A DNA stretch of 64,000 nucleotides. It comes from Octopus bimaculoides (Eukaryota). Below, piece after piece: positions 10,683 through 22,700 of this stretch; within the stretch, counting starts at the first letter, position 1; every line of letters begins with the position of its first letter. The position numbers were made by a program, and so were the translations under genes. Below the pieces are notes generated by a model that was not told the origin of the DNA, made no database searches, and worked only from the letters and a program-made list of their open reading frames with translations. The DNA is taken from the NCBI RefSeq assembly GCF_001194135.2, contig NC_068997.1, forward strand, positions 46,320,520 through 46,384,519, given 5' to 3'.

Positions 10683-12717
10683 ACAGTGGGTTTAACTAGT
10701 TTCCTATGTTTTAAGCATCAGAAAAACTATAATAGCGTTAGATACAGTGATTAAGAAACAGGGAGTTCAGTCAATGCATATTTTGGGCCGAGAAAGTAAA
10801 GGAGACAATTCGAAATCTCTTTGTATTATTAAGCTTGGTCAGCAGAGATATTGTTTCTGCAATATATTAGTGTGTATATAAGTATCTTTGAGTGTGTGTG
10901 TGGTATGCTTTTGGAGAAAGAAAGAGAGAGGTGAAATGACTGCTTGTGATGCATTTCATTGTGTCTTTGGGATAGGAAGATGTGATTTTAATTTCCTCAT
11001 ATTCATCTGCTTTCTGGTGGTGGTGAGATTTGCCATCACTTTTTCTAGGAAAAAGTGTTTGTCTAAGATAATAGAAAGATTCATCTCGTTATTTTTCCAA
11101 TTAATGTGGTTTAAATCCAGAGCTGAGTTCTGTCAAATTGTGGAAATATTTATTGTAAGTGTGTGTGTGTGTGTGTCTCTTGTTGTTGTTGTTTAGCCCT
11201 GGTCAGCTCTAACTCAGCAGACCTATGATCAAAGGCATTCCAGCCATGACCATCCCTCTCTTCTCTCAGGTATATCATATCTAGGATTATATTTTTAAGA
11301 TAGTAAGGTGTAATGTGAGGGAGATTTGGTTTCTATTTTATCTTTTCAAGCAACCACGTAGAGGTTATCACTTTGGGTTATGTATTGCCTGTGTGTTTGT
11401 GCTTGGAAAATGTAATTCTTAGCACCTTGACTCAAGATGACTGGAATAGATGAGAGATATTTTTGTATTTGGAAATAATTCTTCTATATTTTAACATTGA
11501 CAGCGCTGAAGCTTTTGGTCTAAAATATTGGTCTAATCNNNNNNNNNNNNNNNNNNNNNNNNNNNNNNNNNNNNNNNNNNNNNNNNNNNNNNNNNNNNNN
11601 NNNNNNNNNNNNNNNNNNNNNNNNNNNNNNNNNNNNNNNNNNNNNNNNNNNNNNNNNNNNNNNNNNNNNNNNNNNNNNNNNNNNNNNNNNNNNNNNNNNN
11701 NNNNNNNNNNNNNNNNNNNNNNNNNNNNNNNNNNNNCCACCATTCACCCTCTCTCTCTTTCCAAGAGCAGACATCCCCTCATGTTCTCTAACCCACTCTT
11801 GATATTGTTACCTCTCCACCCATCCAATACTACATACTGAAACATTAAAATAATAGTAGTTGTGCTACTACTACTACAGGTTCTATTAAGGTTGTAAACT
11901 GGCAGAACCGTTAACATGCTGGACAAAATGTTTATTGGCATTTCGTCCGTGTTTACGTTCTGAGTTCAAATTCCTCCAAGGTCGACTTTGCCTTTCATCC
12001 CTCCAGGTTCGATAAAATAAGTACCAGTCAAGCACTGGTATTGATGTGATTGACTAGCATGCCTACCCCCAATTTTAGCCCTTGTCCCTGTAGTAGAAAG
12101 GAGTAATAGGTTGTAGTAGTAGCAGCGTCAGTGGTAATTATGCTAAAAACTACTGTAGTACCAACAGGAGGTTTTAATAATAATAATAATAGTAGTAGTA
12201 GTAGTAGTGTCTGTGTTGTGAAACATGTATGATGGGTGTAGTATGCTATGTTTACTGCATTATACATGTGTGTTTGAGAGTTGTGGTTGTAGTATGTACT
12301 GTATCTATTTCTGCCTCTTCCCTCACCAACTGAAAACTTTTGGGGGACAATCGACCTATCTGTGTGTGTGTCTATATATATGTGTGTGTGTGTGTGTCCG
12401 TCCTGATTATAAGTATATTTTTTTCATGTCATCATCATCCTGATGCAATTAAAAGATTGAGAATGAATCACACCTCTTGTATTGCAAACCTTTCCAGGTG
12501 CTGTTATGAAGTTCAATATGGCCTGGGGCCACCACTGGTCAAAACCTGTTTCAGTGAGGCAACCCACATGTTTGCATATAAACAGAGATATAGGAAATGC
12601 TGCTGCTGCAGATTTAATCTAACAGTATTAGACTTTTATAAGAGTTTTACATGTGTGTATGTAGAAATACCCCTTCCTCTTTACATGAAATGTTCATTAT
12701 GTATGTGTGAGTGGGTG

Positions 12718-13155
12718 TGTATTCTTTCATTTGTTTCGGTCATTTGATTGTGGCCATGCTGGAGCACCACCTTTAGTTGAAAAAATTGAGCCCAGGACTT
12801 ATTCTTTGTAAGTCTAGTACTTATTCTATTGTTCTCTTTTGCTGAACCACTAAGTTACAGAGACGTAAACACATCAACATTGGTTGTCAAGCGATGATGG
12901 GGGGACAAATACATAAACACACACACACAAAAATATATATGGTGGTTGTCTACTCCTTATGCAGAGTTTGACCATCTCCTGTACCTACACCTTAGATCCA
13001 TCATGGCATCTGATGTGGCTTTTTAAACTAGACAATGTTCTGAAAAGACACCCACATAGATTGCACATAGCCCGAGGCTATAGTAGAAGACACTTTCCCA
13101 AGGTGCCACGCAGTGGGACTGAATCCGTAACCATGTGGTTGGTAAACAAGCTACT
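12718..13155 (-). mobile_element. Family I tRNA-derived SINE (interrupted)
   Basis: Reverse complement of the consensus seen at 21030-21373. Confidence 0.75.
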
Positions 13156-15615
13156 TACCACACAGCCACTCTTATATTTTATATATATAGTCAATTTATT
13201 GTGGAGTAGTTTCATAGTTTGTCTTCTCCTCCTTCATTATTAATCTGAGGTCAGTTGAATGACAATTGATAGGAATACCTTGTGGTATTTACTTACGCCT
13301 ACTTAGCTACTGAGTTCAAGCCCTGTCGACACTAGCTTTACCTTTCATCCTTCCAGGGTCAATAAAATAAATAGCAGTCGAATACTACAGGGGATAGAGT
13401 GGGAGACTATTAAATCAATTCACCCTCCCCTCTTTAGACATGTATATCATTCTCATGTAAGAAATCATCATCATTATTAAAGGTGACGAACTGGCAGACT
13501 CGTTAGCATGTTGGACAAAATACTTAGCATTTTGTCTGTCTTTGTTCTGAGTTCAAATTTTGGTGAGGCCGACTTTGCCTGTCATTCTTTTCGGGGTTGA
13601 TAAAATAAGCAGCACTTGAGCTCTTGGGGGTTGATGTAATTGATTATGCCCCTCCCCACAAATTTCAGGCCTTGTCCTCATTTTAGAAAGAATTATTACT
13701 TTTCTAGTTTCTTACATTCTGGGTTCAAATCCTACGAAGTCAACATTACTTTCATTGCCTTGATTGGGATTTTCAGAATTTAGTGTCCATGATTCCATTG
13801 AACTGGTTTTTGTCACTCATGATGTTAGATAATACTGTTGTTTGTGTTTTTAGACTTGTTGCTGTGCAACAAAACAAAATGTCCTGTAACTCTTTGTATA
13901 TTACTGAGTCAACAACCAAAATTTTGACTACTAAATATATTATGTAATTAGCCAATCAGTCTCATGGAAGCCATCCTCTGAATTGAAATGGCTATAGAAT
14001 CACACTGCAGTTACAGACTTCAGTTCCTCTGCTTCAGTGCACTCGCACTCATACAAAAGACCAAACAAATTGTGATCTAAACTGTACATATTCAATTGGT
14101 ATCTTGCAAATGCTTTCTAACATATCACACAGTGCTTAGCTATGCACATTTTCCTAAAGCTGAAGCAGGCATATCATTATATAATCTGGCAGAGCACTGA
14201 GGCTGGTGTTTGTGGCACTAACAACCCACATGTAGCTATTTCATTTCATTTACAATGCTAAGCACTTTCGGTGGCAGCATGAATATCACACCATTTTCAT
14301 TCCCCACAAACTTGGATGTCTTGTGGCCAATGTAAGCCTGAGGCAAAACCTTACAGTATTAAGGAATTTTTGCAAAACTTCCACTTCTTTGTTGCTTTTT
14401 TTTTTGTTTTTTTGTTTAAATGATTAGTTTTTCTTATTTACATTTGCTTTACTTTGTTGTCCTAAATGGTCTCACAGACAAGTGAAATGTTTCCGTATCC
14501 TGGGACCGAATGAATTATGGACAACATGTGCTAACCTTTTGTTCTGAAGTATCTGTGCCTATAGACGTTTTATTATTGACCATATTGGCTTCTGTTGTCA
14601 AAATTTATTTACTTGACTTTGTTCTATGCGAAGCAGTTTTTCTCCAGTTGTCATCTTCCTCCTCCCCCCCCCCTCATCACCATGACCATTTTAATGTCTA
14701 TATTATCCAGTTTCATGGGTCAGACAGGTGTTTATTAAAGCAGATTTTGTATGGCTGGATGTTCTTCCTGTTGCTAACCCTTATCCTTTACCAAAAGCAA
14801 ACTAATATTTCCTTGTGATCAGATATGTTTTTGCAGAATATTGGAAATGTCATACATACACTGCTTGTATGAGTGACTCATTTACAACTGTCACATGATG
14901 CCAAGATGATACAGATACACAATGGACTTTTTTCAGTTTACATCTGCCAAATCCACTCGCAAAGCTTTGGTTGGTCTGGGGCTATAGTAGAAGACAATTG
15001 CCCAAGATGCCATGCAATGGGATTCAACACAAAACCATATAATTGGAAAGCAAACTTCTTAACTACACAGCCATTCCTGCACCTTCAGTTGTGAAAACTT
15101 GAGTTGGTTTTATGCCAGGTAGTTTTCCTCCAGTCATCTCCCTTATTTCACACCTGTCCCAATTTCTCGTATTTCCTCTCCGACTAGTCTGCCGTTAATA
15201 GAGAGTCTACAATATCTCCAGTTACCAGTCAACAACTTAGCACTGTAGCTTCATTAAAATATCCATCCATCTTCAGTTTTTGTTATACTGTGTATAAATT
15301 AATATTCTAATGGGTTTATCACTACCAACATCTAACGTCCATCTTCACATTGTTGCTTGTTATTGCATTATTTCTTTTTGTGGTGGTTGTTTGTATGTTT
15401 TTTTTTTTTTTTAGAAAACATTTTTTTGTTACTTGGAATCAACAGCCACACAAAGTGTTGCTGTGTGTTTTTGGCCGGAAGATAATCCACTAGTGACTTT
15501 TTGGATTAACATCTCATTTTCCCCCCCAGTAATTTCTGATCAATTTATTGCAATTACTATGATTGTGATGTTAGAAACAATTATTATTATCATTGTTTTT
15601 ATTGTTATTGTTATT

Positions 15616-16022
15616 AAGGTGGTCATCTGGCAGAATCGTTAGTGCACCGGACAAGATACTTTATAGCATTTCTTCCAGTTTTTAACATTCTGAATTTAAA
15701 TTCCACAGAGATTCACTTTGCCTTTCATCCTTTTAGGGTTGATAGAATAAGGACTAATTGAACACTGGGGCTGATGTAATCACCTAGCCCTTTCTCCCCA
15801 AATTGGCAGAATCGTTAGTACACTGGGTGAAATGCTTACCAGCATTTCATTAGTCTTTATGTTCCGAGTTCAAATTCTGCTGAGGTTGACTTTTACCTTT
15901 CATCCTTTTGGGGTTGATAAAATAAGTACCAGTTGAGTAATGGGGTCAGTGTAATTGACTTATCCCCTCTCCCGAAATTGCTGGCCTTGTGCCAAAATTT
16001 GAAACCATTATTATTATTATTA
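15616..16022 (+). mobile_element. Family II SINE dimer
   Basis: Two successive TGGCAGAATCGTTAG heads, (ATT)n tail. Confidence 0.75.
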
Positions 16023-19000
16023 TAGGTGGCACTATGGTGTGGTACTAAGTTCTTTATTTATTATCTGGTTTCAGCACTTAATTGAAATTTCTCTTAATTT
16101 TACTAATCCCTTTAGGGAAAGTCCTGAGTATCACAGCAACTTTATGGTCTTTATAAGAAATACTCATTATTAAGCAGCAGAATGGTTAAATGTTTGTTGG
16201 ATATCCTGCCATAAAGACCATGTGTTTATAATACCTTTGGAGATCTCTAATCTACGAAGTTAATGAAGAAACAACAACAATGATGCTTCTTTTCCTTTTT
16301 TCATCTGATGACTTCATTATTTAATTATTGACATATTAACTCTTTTGAGACCAACCCTTGGTTCTATAATACAAACCTGCTGTTTTACAGTGATCTAAAT
16401 TGAAATCTTCCATCAATATTTCATGCTAATTTATGTCTCAAACACCAGCTTAATAACGACAGTTATTTTAAATAATTTCTTTGATTTTCAAAGGCAGTGA
16501 ATTTCAATGGAAATATGGTAACAAAAGGGTTGAGGTTACAAAAGTTAAGACAGGACACTTTATTACAAATGACCTTCTGCAAATTGCTGCTTCTGAGATT
16601 TGTATTTATAACTGAAATGTGTGAGAAATGCTAGTGTTTCTTTTCTGACATTTTTTGTCTTTCTCAGTCATTCCATGAGAGAGAGAGAGAGAGAGACCAA
16701 AAGATCAATTCTTCATTTGTGTATAACTTATCTACATATCTGCAATATATTTTGGACCAATCCATAAAAAGGTGGAAGCTTTTTTTTTTTTTTTTTATCC
16801 ATAGAAAATATCTTTGTTCTTTCTCTGGTATGATTGCTTATCATAATTTAGTTTGCCCTCCCTTTTTTTGTCATGCTTATTTCACCCTTTTTTCCAACAT
16901 ACATGAATCATAAGTCTGTGTGTATGTATGTCTGTTTATGTATATATAATTAACCTCATTGCTTTCTTTCCAGACTATTTGTTAATAACTAGCTATTGTT
17001 TAGCTCTATGTGTCAGTGAAATTTAACAAAAAAAAATAGTTCTGAAAAAAAAAAAAATGGTTGTGTTAAAAAAAGAAAAATGATAGATTTGAAAGAGAAC
17101 TGTAAATATATATTTTTGTGCATAAATTTCTTTATATATATGTATAGATATAAATATATATAGAATATATGTATGTATGTATAACTAGACCTAATTGAAG
17201 ACAATCTTTTTTGTAATCTATTGAGATTGTTAAGCTGAACACATTGTAAACCATATCCAAAATACACTCATATGATATAGTCTCTATCATCTAATGGTAT
17301 ATGATAGCTACTGCCTCTTGCTGTTGGCTTGCTTGCCTTCTTGCTCTGAAGCCATTCATCTTGGTGTGAGCTAATGGTTGAAGAATGGTTGCAATGTTTT
17401 TTGCTGCCAACTTTTTTTTTTTTATCTTGGTTGGCCATAATTTACTTGCTCAAGTCTTCAAAAATTATTACTATTATTATTAATAAATTGTCTTTTTTTT
17501 TAATTATTATGTATTTTATGTTTGATCTATTAATGACTCTTATACAAGGGTGGTGCTATTGTTGCGGTTAGTTTTTTTTTTCCCCCCTACCTTTGGAGTA
17601 ACTGGAATGCTTTTACTCCTAAATTGTCCACTAAAATACCATTATGAACCATGATGCTGAAACACTGTCATCATCATATGTCGGTTTTCCATGTTGGCAT
17701 GGGTTGGACAGTTTTTCAGGAGCTGGCTAGCCGGAGAGCTGCCCATGGCTACAGTTGTTTGTTTTTGCATTTGCATCGTTTCTAGGGCTGAATGATCTTT
17801 CTAATACCAACCACTTTACAGAGTTTACTGGGTGTTTTCTCATGTCGCACTGGGCAAGAGTGCCTTTACATGGCACCAGCACAGGTGCTTTTTGAAACAA
17901 AACAGGCTGTGCCAAAATGTCACCATCGAAACAGCTATGTCCAATCATTCTGGCTATGCTTACAGGTGTTGGTGACCATAGATCTCCATACTTTCTTGTT
18001 ACACACTCACCCAGTCACAACATATTGGACCAGTCTTTCTGAAGCCATTTGTCACCAACAGGAATATTTTTTTTCTAAACTGAATGTTTAAATGATGATC
18101 TACAATATGAAAGAGAGAGAAAGATACTTAACTCTTAATAGCTCACTCATCTGTCACACAATATATAGAAAAGACTATAACATAGGAAAATGGATATTTT
18201 CTGTATGAAGAACAAACTGATAACGTAATGTAATAAGCTGAAAAAGAATATTTTAATCAACTAAAATTACATCCATAATGGTGGTTTTGGGTTCAGTCTT
18301 ACTGTGTCACCTTGGGCAAATTCTGTTACTGTAGCCATGGGCTAATCAAATCCTTGTGAGTGGATTTGGCAGAGGGAAACTGAAAGAACCCTGGTGTATG
18401 TGTACTTGAGATGGCACAGTTGTAAACAAGCACCACTTTCATACAAGCAGTGTCATTTATTTCTAATACTCTGCAAAAGCATATCTGGTTATGGGGAAAT
18501 GTTTTCTTGTTTAGGGCTCCTGTCCTGACGTTCTGACTCCCTAAAATAATTGTTTCTAATGTAGGCAACATACCAGCAGTTTTGAGAAGAGTAAGTTGAT
18601 TATATTAGTATTTAAATAGTACTTTATCTTAATGACCCTGGTAAGATGAAAGGCAAAGTTGATTTCAGCTAGATTTGAACCCTGAATGTAAAGGACTGGA
18701 ACATACACTGCAAGGCATTTTGTCTGACCCTCTATTCTACCCATGAACCATCTTTAACAATGATAATAATAATAATACTTCTGTTCAAAATGAAAATAGA
18801 TTAGAAATTATCCTTATACACCCATTTCTCCTGATCTGTTTAATAATGTACATAACAAAATTTCCTTATTTTAATTATCATATTTTATCGTGTATAAGGA
18901 ACCCCTTAATTTTTGGGGCTTAAAATTTAGAAAAAAGGTTTTGTACTATCCATGTACAAGAAACTCCAGTATTTTTTAACCTAATTAAAAAAAACAAACT

Positions 19001-19776
19001 GTTCTTTATACATGTTAAAATACAGTATATACTCACACCTACCGAAGAAAAAAATTCTATGTAAAGACAAGGTAATCACATGTATAAACTATTAGTTACC
19101 AGCACTTTGCAATATTAATATAGAAGTAACACTAACGATTTCCTCAGCTAGTAGTAGTTTCCATCCAATATGAGTTACAGTTAAACTGGCCATTTCTTCA
19201 GCAACACCTCTACTTACCTGTCAACTGAGTGCAAGCATTGCACTTAAAACAATGAAAAATTTGATGTGTTCCTGAATTTCCTATCTCTTCTTATATTCCT
19301 ATTTTTTTTTTGTCTTAATTATCACAAATTTTAACCTAGATGAAGTTTATATTTTTCTACTCAAAAGTTCCTTGTTTTGTTGTTTTTTTTTAATTATCAC
19401 ACATAAGAAGGAACTCTTGAGGAGCAAAATATCAACTTCATCTAAGTTTTTTTTATCCCTCTGTACTCCCAGACGGTGTGTGAGTTACAAACAGGAGAAA
19501 TGTTCTCAATACATGTAAAGATTATTTTTAAAAAAATGCTGATTCATTCTGTCGTTGATCAGACACACACACACCCAGAGAGCAATGTTTGGAGTGCTAT
19601 CGTTCAGATTTTATTAAGGAATAAAGCAAAAGGTTGCTGTGTGTAGGGTGGGAAAAGCAGCAGAAAGAGCCTCTTCCAGGTTATAGAGCAAGAGAGCGGA
19701 GTTAAGCAGGAAGCCAGGAGATGATGATGATGAGCAGTAATTTGGCCACCTCTGCAGAACCACCAACAAGAGGATG

Positions 19777-22700
19777 TTACAGTTCATGATCGAAACACCC
19801 TATGATCGCTGGATACCGTCCGATGATATCAACTCCTTCTGGCCAAAGCTACATAAACCAAAGATGAATAAAAAAGAAGCACCTTCTTTTTAGATGTTAT
19901 CAATGAATGGTACAATATTTGAACTTCAGTCTCCGTTCTTTTGGCAAAAGAAACTGTCACATTTAAAATTATCACAATGTTAGGGGAGGAATAAAATTTT
20001 CTTCCAAACCTTAGAAAAGAAAGTTATCTCCCTTGCTCATACAATCGCCTAAGATTTAAAACGATCGCTATAGGACAGTTTTTCGCATAGGCGGAAACCT
20101 ATATATATATACCCCTGGTTGAGTTTTTGCAACGTAAAACCTGCTACTACTCGTTTGGACATGAGCTCGCCTGGAAGCATCTGACTGAGAAATACGAAAT
20201 GCTCAGTAGGTAGTCGACATCCGTAGCTAATAAGTGCATACTGTCCTTCTCTTCCAGACTGAAAGCTTACCATAACGTTTAATTTAGATACAGTGAAATT
20301 TTAAGACTTCATTTTTTTAATGTATTAAGATGGTGGTTTGACATCAAGGACTATGGCAAAAAGGAAGGGTTATATTTATGAATTTATACAATAATTCTAA
20401 TTTTAGCGCAAGGCCAGCAGTTTTGAAGTACTTCACTGGTACTTCGTATCATCGACCCCAAAAGGAGGAAAGGCAAAGTTAACCTCGGCGGGATTGAACT
20501 CAGAACGTATAGAGCCGGAAGAAATGTTGCTAGGTATTTTGTCCGACAAGCTAACGATTCTGCAATTTCGCCGCCTTGCACAACATCAGGTGTAAACATA
20601 ATTGTATGCATTAGATGTTCACTTTGCAGCCACGTTGACGTTGTTCTGCCTTCGATTCTACAGTGTGTCATGGCACCTAGAACAAGTGCTTTACCTTGTA
20701 GCTCCCCGTTGACCAATGTCTTGTGAGCGGAATCTCTTAGAGTGAAATACTGCTGAAATATTTAATCGGTGTCAAGCTGTTACCGTTTCTATCAAAGAAA
20801 AAGTAACCTATTCCTGATCTATCGAATGAATCAGTCTGGTTGACTAAAACCAATTAAAGGTGGTGCTTCTACATAGCCACTGTTCGGCAATAAATATAAA
20901 TATAAAGAAAAACAAAAACTATAAAGCGAAATATTTTTATCCCCTTGAATTTCTTTCAATTTGAAAGTGACGGGGAGAGAAAGACTGACTTATAGCGATG
21001 AGATCAATAATAACGTTAAAATATAAATAGGCGCAGGAGTGGCTGTGTGGTAAGTAGCTTGCTTACCAACCACATGGTCTTGGGTTCATTCCCAATGTGT
21101 GGCACCTTGGGCAAGTGTCTTCTACTATAGTCTCGAGCCGACCAAAGCCTTGAGTGGATTTGGTAGACGGAAAACTGAAAGAAGCCCGTCGTATATATGT
21201 GTGTCTGTGTTTGTCCCCCCACCATCGCTTGACCGATGCTGGTGTGTTTACGTCAAAAGAGACCGATAGAATAAGTACTAGGCTTGCAAAGAATAAGTCC
21301 TGGGGTCGATTTGCTCGACTAAAGGCGGTGCTCCAGCATGGCCACAGTCACATGACTGAAACGAATAAAAGAGATATTTTTGCGCTTTGTGCACGAACCC
21401 TCTTCCCCTACTTTTGAACTTCAGTCTGTTTTTGACTTAGAAAAAGAAATTGTTAGAAAGTTCAGGGGAAAACGAAATCGCTGAACTTTTCCATTAAAAA
21501 TAATTAGGTGAAAGCTAACAGCAGTTACCTCCCTTCGTACAGTCATATCAGTTAAAGGGTTTCTCATCGGGCGAGAAACTGAGGATTGCCAAATAGGCGG
21601 ACCAATTGTATATATATGCTATATAAAATTAAGAGGATTTTAAAATTTTCCAACAGCTTCATGAAGGAAGTTATATTCACGAACTTGTTTTCAATAATAA
21701 GGGCAGGCATACCTGTATGATGTTCAATTGGTAGCCACGTTATGCTAGGTCGGAGTTATGTTCCTTTATATCAAAACTTTCATTGGACTGCGGCCATGTT
21801 GGGCCACCATCTTCAAAGGTAAGTCAAACAAGTTGATACCAGTACTTATTTTTTGTTTTAAAGTCTAGCACTTATTTTATTGGTCGTTTAGGTTGTAAAC
21901 AAATCAGCACTGGTTGTTAAGTTGGGGTGTGGTACATATACACACACACATTCAATAAGACGGGTTTCTTTCAGTTTTCGTCTACAAAATTCACTCACAA
22001 AGTATTGGTTGACCCGGGACTATATAGGAGAAAACACTTGTCTAAGGTGCCACATAGTGGGACTGAACCCGAGACCATGTAGTTGGCAAGCATTCTTCTA
22101 CTTACCACAGGGCCATACTTGCGTCTAGATAGATTTAATAAAAACATTTAAAAAAACAAACAAAAGAGGAATCAGAACTGTCAGTTTNNNNNNNNNNGGC
22201 CACCTCACTGGACTTCCAAGAAATTATTGAAGAGATAAGAGTTACCAGAAGTGAAGCTGCAAGTGGCGGTGGAGGAGGGAAGATCTTCCACCTGCTACCA
22301 CTGCAAAAAGAGGGGACACAAAGCCAAGCTGCCCCCCTTTTAACAGCCAGACACCAATAAAGGAGAAGCAAGAAGAAATTAACAAGATAGAGGAAAAGGT
22401 AATCTTCAAGTTTAGGGGGATAAAAAAATTTTAAAAAAATATTCAAGGGAAATAACTGAACGACTTATCCGTTTTCTTCTAGCTGTTTATAAATAAATCA
22501 CACCCTAATCCTAACGTCAATCAAGTCACGTGTGCGATTTATTTATAAACAGAGATGTACGGATAATACTGGTAAGTCGTTCAGTTACTTCCCTTGAATA
22601 TTTTTATTTATTTTTTTTATCCCCCTAAACTTGAAGATTACCGAGGAAAATATGGAAGAAGCAAAGGTGGAAAGCAGAAACGAAAGATTTCAATAAGTAC

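Noticed and set aside
10048-10754. Long ORFs (157-230 aa) on both strands
   Set aside because: Translations of the (TA/TGCA)n microsatellite that span an N gap
12498-12630. Exon-like segments on + (GAVMKFNMAWGHHWSKP...) and - (FDQWWPQAILNFITAPGK)
   Set aside because: No partner exons or recognisable homology; LMBR1 already terminates at 9713
19218-19271. Minus-strand CAG|gtaagt donor with THQIFHCFKCNACTQLT
   Set aside because: The upstream acceptor context is purine-rich, and it lies beyond the candidate polyA site
20091-20285. Plus-strand reading AETYIYIPLVEF...GHELAWKHLTEKYEMLSR with a 48-nt intron, or a TATA/E2F-like promoter
   Set aside because: The frame runs through a TA microsatellite and the intron is very short; the minus-strand model explains the same bases better
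20180-20290. AGAGAAGG resemblance to U6atac; GGATG at 23767 resembling 7SK; GAGTAAGG resembling U12 snRNA
   Set aside because: Only 5-8-nt matches; the rest of each RNA is absent
21030-21110. tRNA-like A/B boxes in many places
   Set aside because: SINE heads without a cloverleaf or acceptor stem; not tRNA genes
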